A stretch of 64,000 bases of DNA from Phenylobacterium sp. (lineage in GTDB: Bacteria > Pseudomonadota > Alphaproteobacteria > Caulobacterales > Caulobacteraceae). Below are positions 48,396-56,799 of this stretch, piece by piece (within the stretch, counting starts at the first letter, position 1; each line of letters opens with the position of its first letter). The notes beneath the pieces are model-generated. The model had not been told where the DNA came from. It saw only the letters and a program-made list of their open reading frames with translations, and made no database searches. Made by a program: the position numbers and the translations under genes. The DNA is taken from positions 93,693 through 157,692 of the forward strand of contig NZ_JAUSCJ010000041.1 in the NCBI RefSeq assembly GCF_030651185.1, read 5' to 3'.

Positions 48396-48548
48396 TCAGT
48401 CGCCCCCGGGCTTCACGGCCGCCGCGACCATGACGACGGCCGCCGCCACCGGCTTGCCGGACGGAGGCTTGAGGCTGACCGCCGGGTCGCCGGCCTGGGC
48501 CGGGCCAGCCACCAGCAGCCCGAGGAGGAGGGCCGGGAGTAGGCGCAT
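48396..48548 (-). pseudogene. 50-codon stub resembling the N-terminus of the cupredoxin-like gene
   Basis: aaggag SD; MRLLPALLLGLLVAGPAQAGDPAVSLKPPSGKPVAAAVVMV vs MRALILAALAALTLSPQALAGDLSVVVRNVHGQPVKDAVVTL. Confidence 0.6.
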
Positions 48549-48756
48549 GGCGTTCTCCTTACCCAGAGTGGTGTGAAGCTCGGGTAAAGCGGCGCCCGAC
48601 TCGCCCGCGACGACGCGAAGACTTGCGCAAGGGGCGCGCGGCTTGGCACACTGGCGTCATTGACGTTCTCTCCGGCGTGCTTTGCGCCAATTTTTGAAAG
48701 CTACGACTTTGACCCTTTCAGCTACGGCGGCATATTCGGCCGCTGCCAGCAGCCCC

Positions 48757-49674
48757 ATGGCTTCGGTGGACGCCCTCATCGAAGGGCTGGCCGGCGTCGG
48801 CTACATCGCGTCCCGTCGCATCGCCACGGCCCTCTACATGGCCGTGCATCTGCAGAAGCCCATCCTGGTGGAAGGCTCGGCCGGGGTCGGCAAGACCGAA
48901 CTGGCGCTGTCCACCGCCGCCCTGCTCGGCCTGCCGCTGATCCGCATGCAGTGCTACGAGGGCCTGGACGAGTCCAAGGCCCTCTACGAGTGGAAGTACG
49001 GCAAGCAGCTCCTCTACACCCAGATTCTCAAGGACCGCATGGGCGCCCAGCTGGCCGAGGCCGGCGGCACCATGGACGAGGCCATGGACCGCCTGCACGG
49101 CATCGGCGACCTGTTCTTCTCCGAACAATTCCTGGAGCCGCGCCCGCTGATGAAGGCGCTGCGGGAGGATGACGGCTGCGTCCTGCTGATCGACGAGATC
49201 GACAAGTCCGACGAGGCCTTCGAGGCCTTCCTGCTGGAGGTGCTCTCGGCCTATCAGGTCTCGATCCCCGAGCTTGGCGTGCTGAAGGCCAAGACCCCGC
49301 CGATCGTGTTCCTGACCTCCAACAACGTCCGCGACCTGGGTGACGCCCTGAAGCGCCGCTGCCTGCACCTGCACATCCCCCTGCCCGACGCCGCCCTGGA
49401 GCGGAAGATCGTCGCCAGCCGCGTGCCCGGCATTGAGGCCAAGTTGACCCACGAGCTGGTGAGCTTCGTGCAGTCCCTGCGCACGCTCGACCTGCGCAAG
49501 TCGCCCTCGATCTCCGAGACCGTGGACTGGGCCCGAGCGCTCATCCTGCTCAACGCCGAGAGCCTGGACGGCGAGGTCGTGCGTGACAGTCTCAACGTGC
49601 TGCTCAAGTTCGAGCAGGACATCGCCTCCGTGGAGCCGCAGATCGTCGAGCTGATCCGCCGGCCCCTGGCCTGA
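48757..49674 (+). CDS. MoxR-family AAA+ ATPase (CoxD-like)
   Basis: EGSAGVGKT, LLIDEIDK, LGDALKRRC. Confidence 0.92.
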   Translation: MASVDALIEGLAGVGYIASRRIATALYMAVHLQKPILVEGSAGVGKTELALSTAALLGLPLIRMQCYEGLDESKALYEWKYGKQLLYTQILKDRMGAQLAEAGGTMDEAMDRLHGIGDLFFSEQFLEPRPLMKALREDDGCVLLIDEIDKSDEAFEAFLLEVLSAYQVSIPELGVLKAKTPPIVFLTSNNVRDLGDALKRRCLHLHIPLPDAALERKIVASRVPGIEAKLTHELVSFVQSLRTLDLRKSPSISETVDWARALILLNAESLDGEVVRDSLNVLLKFEQDIASVEPQIVELIRRPLA

Positions 49675-49684
49675 GGGTCCCGCC

Positions 49685-51046
49685 ATGCAAGGCGCGATGG
49701 AAGACTTCCTCCGGGCCCTACGGGCCGCGGACGTCAAGGTCTCGCCCGTCGAGGCGATCGACGCGCACCTGACGGTGGCCACGGTGGGCTTCGCCGACCG
49801 CGAGCTGTTCAAGGACGCGCTGTGCGCGACCCTGGCCAAGACCGCCGACGAGGTCACTCGTTTCGACGAGACCTTCGAGACCTTCTTCGACCGCGAGACC
49901 TTCCAGCTCGAACCGCCGCCGCCCGCCGGTAAGGACGGCGAGCCGGAGGGCACGCCTCCGGAGGTCGCGAATTCCGAACTGGCCCAGATGCTGCTCAACG
50001 GCGACGTCTCGGCCCTGGCCCAGGCGATGGAGGCCGCGGCCGAACGGGCCCAGGTCTCGTCCATCCGCCTCTCCACCCAGCGCAGCCGCCTGACCCGGCG
50101 GATGCTGGAGGAGATGGGGCTGTCGGAGATCGAGCAGATCATCGCCGCGGCCAAGAAGCTGGAGGACGCCCGCAGTCAGGCCCTGGTGGCGCGGCTGGAG
50201 TCCGGCAAGAAAGCGCTGACCGAGGAAGCCCAGCGCTTCGTCGATCGCCAGCACGAACTCTATGCCTCGGAGAGCGGAAAGAACCTCCGCGAGGAGCTCC
50301 TGGCCCGCAAGGCGCTGAACGCCGAGGGCGGCATCGACCCGGCCGACCTGGTGATGATGCAGGCCCTGGTGAAGAAGATGGCCAAGCGGCTGGCCGATCG
50401 CTATTCGCGCCGCCGCAACAAGGCCCAGCTCGGCCACCTGGACGTCCGCCGCACCCTGCGCAAGTCCATGGCCTATGGCGGCATGCCCTTCGAGATCGTC
50501 TGGAAGACCAAGAAGGTCGAGAAGCCGAACATCGTGGCCATCTGCGACGTCTCGAAGTCCGTCGCCGCCGCCGCCCAGTTCCTGCTGACCTTCCTTTATA
50601 GCTTGAACGAGGTTGTCGACAGGATGGAGGCCTTCGCCTTCTCCGGCCGGATGATCAGCGTCAACGACGTGATGGACGAGAACAAGGTCGAGACCGCCAT
50701 CCTGGAGGTTCTGAAGAAGATCGGCTTCCAGCAAACCGACTACGGCAAGAGCCTGGAAGACTTTTGCGACCTGCACCTGGACCAGATCGACCGCCACACC
50801 ACGGTGATCTTCCTGGGGGATGCGCGGTCAAACTATGCAGACCCTCGAGTCGACCTGTTCGCGACGATCCAGAAGCGCTGCCGCGCCATGATCTGGCTGA
50901 ACCCCGAACCCGAGAGCTATTGGGGCCAGGGCGACAGTGTGATGCAGCGCTATCAGCCCTTCTGCCACGTGGCCAAGCCTTGCAACACCCTGGGCCAGCT
51001 GGAGCGAATCATCGAGGACGTGCTGCGGACCTACATCCCGAACTAG
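49685..51046 (+). CDS. VWA-domain protein (CoxE-like)
   Basis: LDVRRTLR, ICDVS.SV MIDAS, TDYG, LGDARSN, WLNPE. Confidence 0.9.
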   Translation: MQGAMEDFLRALRAADVKVSPVEAIDAHLTVATVGFADRELFKDALCATLAKTADEVTRFDETFETFFDRETFQLEPPPPAGKDGEPEGTPPEVANSELAQMLLNGDVSALAQAMEAAAERAQVSSIRLSTQRSRLTRRMLEEMGLSEIEQIIAAAKKLEDARSQALVARLESGKKALTEEAQRFVDRQHELYASESGKNLREELLARKALNAEGGIDPADLVMMQALVKKMAKRLADRYSRRRNKAQLGHLDVRRTLRKSMAYGGMPFEIVWKTKKVEKPNIVAICDVSKSVAAAAQFLLTFLYSLNEVVDRMEAFAFSGRMISVNDVMDENKVETAILEVLKKIGFQQTDYGKSLEDFCDLHLDQIDRHTTVIFLGDARSNYADPRVDLFATIQKRCRAMIWLNPEPESYWGQGDSVMQRYQPFCHVAKPCNTLGQLERIIEDVLRTYIPN

Positions 51047-51059
51047 GCCTCGTGACGTG

Positions 51060-51440
51060 TCAGTGGCCGTTGAGGCCGACGGTCCCGGCCGGATAGTCGC
51101 GGCCCGTGCGGATCATGCCGTCGTTGTAGTAGACCGGCCGACCGGGTGCGGAGTAGCGGCTGACGGCGGCCTGGGCTCGCCGATACTTCTTGCCTAGGGG
51201 GCGGCGGTAGGCTGGCTGTTGACGATAGGCGTCCTGCGGGTAGCCGTCCTGCTGGGCGTAGCGGTCATCCAGCGGCGTGGCGCCCGGTTGCCGGTACCCG
51301 TCGTCCCGCGGCGCGCGGTCGGTCGGATAGGGCTGGCCGCCCCGATCCGAGGGGTCGATGGCGCGGCTGTAGGACTGGGCTGACGCCGTCGTGGCGCAGG
51401 CCAGGGCCAGCAGGGTCGCGGGGATCAGCAGGGTTCGCAT
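51060..51440 (-). CDS. Secreted low-complexity hypothetical protein
   Basis: MRTLLIPATLLALACATTASAQ signal-like; Tyr/Pro/Gln/Asp-rich; alternative start 51449. Confidence 0.65.
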   Translation of the reverse strand: MRTLLIPATLLALACATTASAQSYSRAIDPSDRGGQPYPTDRAPRDDGYRQPGATPLDDRYAQQDGYPQDAYRQQPAYRRPLGKKYRRAQAAVSRYSAPGRPVYYNDGMIRTGRDYPAGTVGLNGH

Positions 51441-51450
51441 GACGGACATC

Positions 51451-51987
51451 TCAGCGCCGATGGGGCGGCGGGATGGGGATGATGCAGGCCTGGCGGGCAT
51501 GGTTGGGAACCCGGCCCCGCGGACAGGGCGCACAGCCGCCGGGTGAGCGGCTGTCGTGGATGAGGTTGCGCGCGCGCGTGGTGCAGTCGCCGTTCGGCTC
51601 TCCCACCGCGATAGGCGTCGGCGGCGGCGCGGCGGCGATCGCCGGGGAGGCCGCGGCAGGCTTGGCATAGGTGGAAGGCTTGGCGGCTGGCGTCGCGGTC
51701 GCCTTGACCGGCGCCGCCGGGGCGCCGCTGACGATGGGCGTACGGACACCGTTGACGGTCTGGTAGACGGTGGGCGTTTCGGCGGCCTTCTGGGCGCTGG
51801 CCGGAGGGCCTGCCGCCAAGGCCACGCACTTGCCGGCGGCGTCCTTGGCCTGGCCCGGCGGGCACCAGGGCACGGCGGCCGCCGGACCTGGCGCGACCCC
51901 CGGGGCGGGCTTGGTGGATTGGGCCGTGGCGACGGGCCCCGTCAGCAGCAGGGCCACGCCCAGAAGCGCTGAGATCGATCGAAACAT
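51451..51987 (-). CDS. Secreted Pro/Ala-rich protein with six cysteines
   Basis: ggagg SD, signal peptide, WCPPGQAK...C and C...CAPCPRGRVPN....C. Confidence 0.75.
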   Translation of the reverse strand: MFRSISALLGVALLLTGPVATAQSTKPAPGVAPGPAAAVPWCPPGQAKDAAGKCVALAAGPPASAQKAAETPTVYQTVNGVRTPIVSGAPAAPVKATATPAAKPSTYAKPAAASPAIAAAPPPTPIAVGEPNGDCTTRARNLIHDSRSPGGCAPCPRGRVPNHARQACIIPIPPPHRR

Positions 51988-52057
51988 CCGCCAGCCCTCC
52001 TGTTAACCAAGCCGCACAGTCCTTCGCGCGGCCCCTGCGGTCAAGCTGGCGCCCGCC

Positions 52058-55000
52058 TCACCAGGAATCGATCCAGCGCAGCTTCTTTTCCGTGCGGGCC
52101 GGAACCGGCGGCAGGGACTTCAGCCCCGCCAGCACCCAGCGGCGGGTGTCGGCGGGATCGATGACGTCGTCCAGGTCGGTTCCCGCGCCGCGGGCCAGGG
52201 CCTTGCCGGCGGCATAGGCCCGCGCCACCCGCTCGTCGAAGCTCCTCTTGCGTTCCACCGGATCGGCGATGGCCGCCAGCTCGTTGCGGTAGCCCAGCTT
52301 CACCGAGCCCTCCAGCCCCATGCCGCCGAACTCGCCGGTCGGCCAGGCGACGCAGAACATGGCCGCCTGATAGCTCCCCCCGGTCATGGCGATGGCGCCC
52401 AGACCATAGCTCTTGCGCAGGATCACCGAGAAGATCGGCACGGTGAGGTTCGCCCCGATCACGAACAGCCGCGAGCAGTGGCGGATCAGGCCGGTCTTCT
52501 CCGCCTCCGGCCCCACCATGTTGCCCGGCGTGTCCGACAGCGACAGCAGCGGGATGTCGAAGGCCTCGCACAGCTGCATGAAGCGGGCGGCCTTGTCCGA
52601 GGCGTCGGCGTCGATGGCCCCGCCGATATGGTGCGGGTTATTGGCGAACACCCCGACCGGGCGGCCCTCGATGCGGATGAAGGCGGTGATCATGGCCAGG
52701 CCGAACTTCGGTCGCAGCTCCAGCACCGAGTCCTCGTCGGCGATCAGCTCGATCACCTTGCGCACGTCATAGACCCGCAGCCGGTTCTCCGGGATCGACC
52801 GGCGCAGCAGCCGCTGGTCGGCGCAGGTCCAGTCGGCGACAGGTCCCTGGAAGTAGGAGATGTACTGCTTGGCCAATCGTACGGCGTCGGCCTCGTCGTC
52901 CGCCAGCACATCGATGGTGCCGTTGGCCTGCATGACCTTCAGCGGCCCGATCTCCTCGGGGCGGAAGACGCCGAGCCCGCCGCCCTCCACCATGGCCGGA
53001 CCGCCCATGCCCAGGGCCGAATCCTTGGTGGCGATGATCACGTCGCAGCAGCCGAGGATGGCGGCGTTGCCGGCGAAGCAGCGGCCGGAATTTATCCCCA
53101 CCAGGGGCACAGCCCCCGACAGCCGTCCCCAGAACTCGAAGCCCCGGGTGAAGCCGCCGCCCTCGGTGTCGCCGGGCCGTCCGCCGCCGCCCTCGGTGAA
53201 GAACACCGTGGGGACCCGCCAGCGCAGGGCGATCTCGCTCATCCGGTCGAGCTTCTCGTGATTGTGCGCCCCCTGGGTGCCGGCCAGCACGGTGTAGTCA
53301 TAGGCCATGACCGCGACCCGGGCCTTGTCCTCGGCGAAGCGATCGCCGTTCACCTGGCCCAGGCCCATGACCATGCCGTCGGCCGGCGTGGTGGCGATCA
53401 GCTCATCCAGGGTATTGCGGCGGCGGCGCGCGGCGAGGGTCAGAGCCCCGTATTCGGTGAAGGTGCCGGGATCGCAGAGGTCCTCGACGTTCTCCCGCGT
53501 GGTCCGTTGTTTCGTCTTGCGGCGACGGGCGACAGCCTCGGGTCGCGCCGCGTCCAGGGTCAGGCGATGACGCTCCAGCACCTCGGCCAGGTCGGGGCGG
53601 ATGAAGTCCAGGTCGATGATCTCCTCGGCCTCGCCCGCGTCGCCCTCCACCTCGCCCGCCTCGATGAAGGCCAGGGGGTGGTCCTCGAAGACCGTGTCGC
53701 CCGCCTCCACTGTGATCTCGCGCACCACGCCGGAGACGGCGGCGGAGACCACGTGCTCCATCTTCATGGCTTCCATGATGAACAGCGCCTGGCCCTCACG
53801 GACTGTATCGCCGACGGCGACGGAGAGCGCGATCACCGTGCCCTGCAGCGGCGCGCGCAGGGGCCGGGTCCCCTCCGGTCCCTCGGCCTCGGCGTCGGCC
53901 TCCTCGACGCGGGCGCGCTCTTCCCTGCCGAGCGCCAGGACCGCCAGCGGATCGCCGGCGTCGATCTGCACGCCGGCCCGCTTGGCGACACCCCCTGATG
54001 CGGCGGCTTCGAAGTAGAGTTTTGGAGCGTCGGCCGTGGCGGCCAGTTCGCCCATGGTCTCCTCGATGAACCGGGTATGGACCTCGCCGGCCACCACCGC
54101 CGGATGGGCCAGCAGGCTCTGCAGGAAGCCGATGTTGGTGGGCGCGCCGGCGATCTTGAACTCCGACAAGGCGCGGTGCGCCTTGGCCACGGCCACCGGT
54201 AGGCCGCCGGAGCCTGCGTGGACGATCAGCTTGGCCAGCAGGGAGTCGTAGCGGGCGCTGGTCCGGTAGCCGGCATAGCCAAAGCCGTCGACCCGAACCC
54301 CTGGTCCCGACGGTGGTTCAAAGGCCGAGAGCACACCCCCCGCCGGACGCGCCGAACCATCGGCGCTCATGGTCTCCAGATTGACCCGAGCCTGCACCGC
54401 CACCCCGCGCGGCGCCGGGACCTCCGTCTGGGTGAGATTCAGGTCCGCCAGGGAGCGGCCGCGCGCCACTTCGATCTGCAGGCGCACCAGATCCAGGCCC
54501 AGAACCTCCTCGGTCACCGTATGCTCCACCTGCAGGCGTGGATTGGCCTCGATGAACACCAGGCGCGGATCGGCGCCGGTCTCCACCAGGAACTCCACCG
54601 TCCCCAGGCTGCGATAGTGGGCGGCGCGGCCCAGGGCCACAGCGGCCTCGAACAGCTGCTCGCGGATCGCCATGGGCAGGGTCGAGGCGGGCGCCATCTC
54701 CACCACCTTCTGGCGCTGCCTCTGCAGGCTGCATTCGCGGTCCCACAGGTGGGAGACGCTGACGCCGTCGCCGAGGATCTGCACCTCGATATGCCGGGCC
54801 CTCGCCAGGAACTGCTCGACATAGAGCGCGCCGTCACCGAAGGCCGCCAGGGCCTCCGAGGCGCAGCGTTCGAAGGCCTGTTCCAGCTCTTCCACCGACC
54901 GGGCGGGGCGCATGCCGCGCCCGCCGCCGCCGCAGACCGCCTTGACCATCACCGCCCCGCCGGCCCCCAGGCCCGCCAGGAAGGCCTTGGCCTGTTCCAG

Positions 55001-55411
55001 CGTGGTCGCGCCCTCGGTTCCCGGCAGGATCGGCACGTCGCAGCGCGCGGCCAGCGCCCGGGCCTGCCCCTTGTCGCCGAACAGGTCGAGGGTCTCAGGG
55101 CTCGGCCCCACGAAGATCACCCCGGCCTGGCCGCAGGCCCGCGCGAAGGCGGCGTTCTCGCTGAGGAAGCCGTAACCCGGATGGATAGCGTCGGCGCCGC
55201 AGGCCTCGGCCACCGCCAGGATCTGCGCGCCGTCGAGATAGGCCGCCGGGCCCGAGCCCTTCAGCCCCACCGCCGCGTCCGCCTTGCGGGTATGGAGGGA
55301 GGCGGCGTCATCCTCCGCGAAGACCGCCACGGTGGCGATGCCCATCTCGGCGGCGGTACGGGCGATCCGCACGGCGATCTCGCCGCGGTTGGCGATCAGA
55401 AGCTTCTTCAC
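52058..55411 (-). CDS. Single-chain biotin-dependent acyl-CoA carboxylase (BC-BCCP-CT fusion)
   Basis: LLIANRGEIA, HPGYGFLSEN, EAMKME biotinyl motif, C-terminal carboxyltransferase (GGGGRPGD, DTPG.MVG). Confidence 0.93.
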   Translation of the reverse strand: MKKLLIANRGEIAVRIARTAAEMGIATVAVFAEDDAASLHTRKADAAVGLKGSGPAAYLDGAQILAVAEACGADAIHPGYGFLSENAAFARACGQAGVIFVGPSPETLDLFGDKGQARALAARCDVPILPGTEGATTLEQAKAFLAGLGAGGAVMVKAVCGGGGRGMRPARSVEELEQAFERCASEALAAFGDGALYVEQFLARARHIEVQILGDGVSVSHLWDRECSLQRQRQKVVEMAPASTLPMAIREQLFEAAVALGRAAHYRSLGTVEFLVETGADPRLVFIEANPRLQVEHTVTEEVLGLDLVRLQIEVARGRSLADLNLTQTEVPAPRGVAVQARVNLETMSADGSARPAGGVLSAFEPPSGPGVRVDGFGYAGYRTSARYDSLLAKLIVHAGSGGLPVAVAKAHRALSEFKIAGAPTNIGFLQSLLAHPAVVAGEVHTRFIEETMGELAATADAPKLYFEAAASGGVAKRAGVQIDAGDPLAVLALGREERARVEEADAEAEGPEGTRPLRAPLQGTVIALSVAVGDTVREGQALFIMEAMKMEHVVSAAVSGVVREITVEAGDTVFEDHPLAFIEAGEVEGDAGEAEEIIDLDFIRPDLAEVLERHRLTLDAARPEAVARRRKTKQRTTRENVEDLCDPGTFTEYGALTLAARRRRNTLDELIATTPADGMVMGLGQVNGDRFAEDKARVAVMAYDYTVLAGTQGAHNHEKLDRMSEIALRWRVPTVFFTEGGGGRPGDTEGGGFTRGFEFWGRLSGAVPLVGINSGRCFAGNAAILGCCDVIIATKDSALGMGGPAMVEGGGLGVFRPEEIGPLKVMQANGTIDVLADDEADAVRLAKQYISYFQGPVADWTCADQRLLRRSIPENRLRVYDVRKVIELIADEDSVLELRPKFGLAMITAFIRIEGRPVGVFANNPHHIGGAIDADASDKAARFMQLCEAFDIPLLSLSDTPGNMVGPEAEKTGLIRHCSRLFVIGANLTVPIFSVILRKSYGLGAIAMTGGSYQAAMFCVAWPTGEFGGMGLEGSVKLGYRNELAAIADPVERKRSFDERVARAYAAGKALARGAGTDLDDVIDPADTRRWVLAGLKSLPPVPARTEKKLRWIDSW

Positions 55412-55455
55412 GTCCCCTACCCTCTCGCGGCCTGTAGCCGTCTCGTCGTTGTGGA

Positions 55456-56703
55456 TTAGCGCACCGGCGGCGAAAGCAGCCCTTCGAACAGTGGCCGCAC
55501 ATAGAGGTTCACCGCCTGGGCCGGCGTCACCGCCGCCGCCCAGTGCCGCAGTTCGGCCGCGGCATTGATCGCCGCGGTGATCACCTGGGCGCCGATATTG
55601 GTGTCGATGGGCCGCAGCGATCCGTCGGCGATCCCGTCGCTGATCAGCGAGGCGAAGCGGTCGGAGATGCGGTCGAACTTGGCCACCAGCTTGGGCTGGA
55701 GGGCTTCCGGGGCAGAGGTCAGGGCCGAGGTGCGCAGCAGGGGCGCATTGCCCGACATCTGGTATTCCACCAGCGCCGCGGCCACGGTGGCCAGGGTCTG
55801 CAACCCGTCGGTGGTGACCAACTCGGCCTGGCGGATGGCCCGGCGCATCACCTCTATGGTGCGCTCGAAACAGGCTTCGACCAGCTCATCCTTGGTCTCG
55901 TTGTGGTGGTAGAAGGCGCCCTTGGTGACGTTCAGCCGCGCCGAGATCTTCTCCACCGAGGCGCCGAGATAGCCCTCCTCGTTGATCAGCTCGGTGGCCG
56001 CCCGCAGGAAGAGCTCGCTGGATATCTCCCCGCCCTCAGGCGGTTCCGGGATCAGGTTCGGCAAGGGCCTGGGGTTCCAGGCGGCGCCGGTCGCAGCCAG
56101 GCCGTCGGCGGTGATGGACAGCAGGCGCTGGGTGACCCGGCCATAGTCCTCGGGATCGTGCCGGTGCAGCCAGACCGGCGCCCAGAAGATCTCCGACAGC
56201 AGCATGTGGGTCCGGGCGTTCAGCTCCAGCCGGGTGAGCGCCGCGGTCTCCCGCCCGTCCAGAAGGCCCCGCGCGCGCCGGAACATGTCCACATAGGCGG
56301 CGTTGACGGCTGCGGAGTTCAGGGCGCGCACGTCGTTGAAGGTGGTGAGGGGTTCGACCTCCGCCAGGGCCATGCGGCGGCGATAGTCGAGATAGGCGTC
56401 GAAGAACCGGGTCAGGCGCTCGCGGGCGCCGGCGCCGGTCTCGCCGGCCGCCAGGAACTGGCTGAACCCCTCGACCCCCTTGAGGAAGCAGGCCGCGGCC
56501 AGGTCTTCCTTGTTCTTGAAATAGTAGATCACCCCGGTCGGCACGAGATTCAGACTCGCCGCCACCTCGCCGAGCGTCATTCCGCGCACGCCCTTGCGGT
56601 TCAGGACCTCGACGGCCGAGGCGACGATGGCGGTCTTGCGCTGTTCAAACCGGCGCGTCGGACCACGGGTCGCTTTCGCCTGCAGCTCAAGGGTTTCCGT
56701 CAT
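55456..56703 (-). CDS. Regulator with two TetR HTH domains
   Basis: KGVRGMTLGEVA..GVIYYFKNKEDL and EGYLGASVEKIS..KGAFYHHNETKDEL. Confidence 0.88.
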   Translation of the reverse strand: MTETLELQAKATRGPTRRFEQRKTAIVASAVEVLNRKGVRGMTLGEVAASLNLVPTGVIYYFKNKEDLAAACFLKGVEGFSQFLAAGETGAGARERLTRFFDAYLDYRRRMALAEVEPLTTFNDVRALNSAAVNAAYVDMFRRARGLLDGRETAALTRLELNARTHMLLSEIFWAPVWLHRHDPEDYGRVTQRLLSITADGLAATGAAWNPRPLPNLIPEPPEGGEISSELFLRAATELINEEGYLGASVEKISARLNVTKGAFYHHNETKDELVEACFERTIEVMRRAIRQAELVTTDGLQTLATVAAALVEYQMSGNAPLLRTSALTSAPEALQPKLVAKFDRISDRFASLISDGIADGSLRPIDTNIGAQVITAAINAAAELRHWAAAVTPAQAVNLYVRPLFEGLLSPPVR

Positions 56704-56799
56704 GTCTCCACCCGCTTCGCGCGGGCTGACGCCGCGTCTTCTGGTCCTACCCTAGCGCGACCCGCGGCCCCGGCGAAAGCCGCCAGGACCGCAAGGGGG

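Noticed and set aside
48559-48587. ttaccc...gggtaa inverted repeat upstream of the cupredoxin stub; TTAAC half-sites at about 29150, 45361 and 52004
   Set aside because: Short motifs without a full consensus; could be chance or CtrA half-sites
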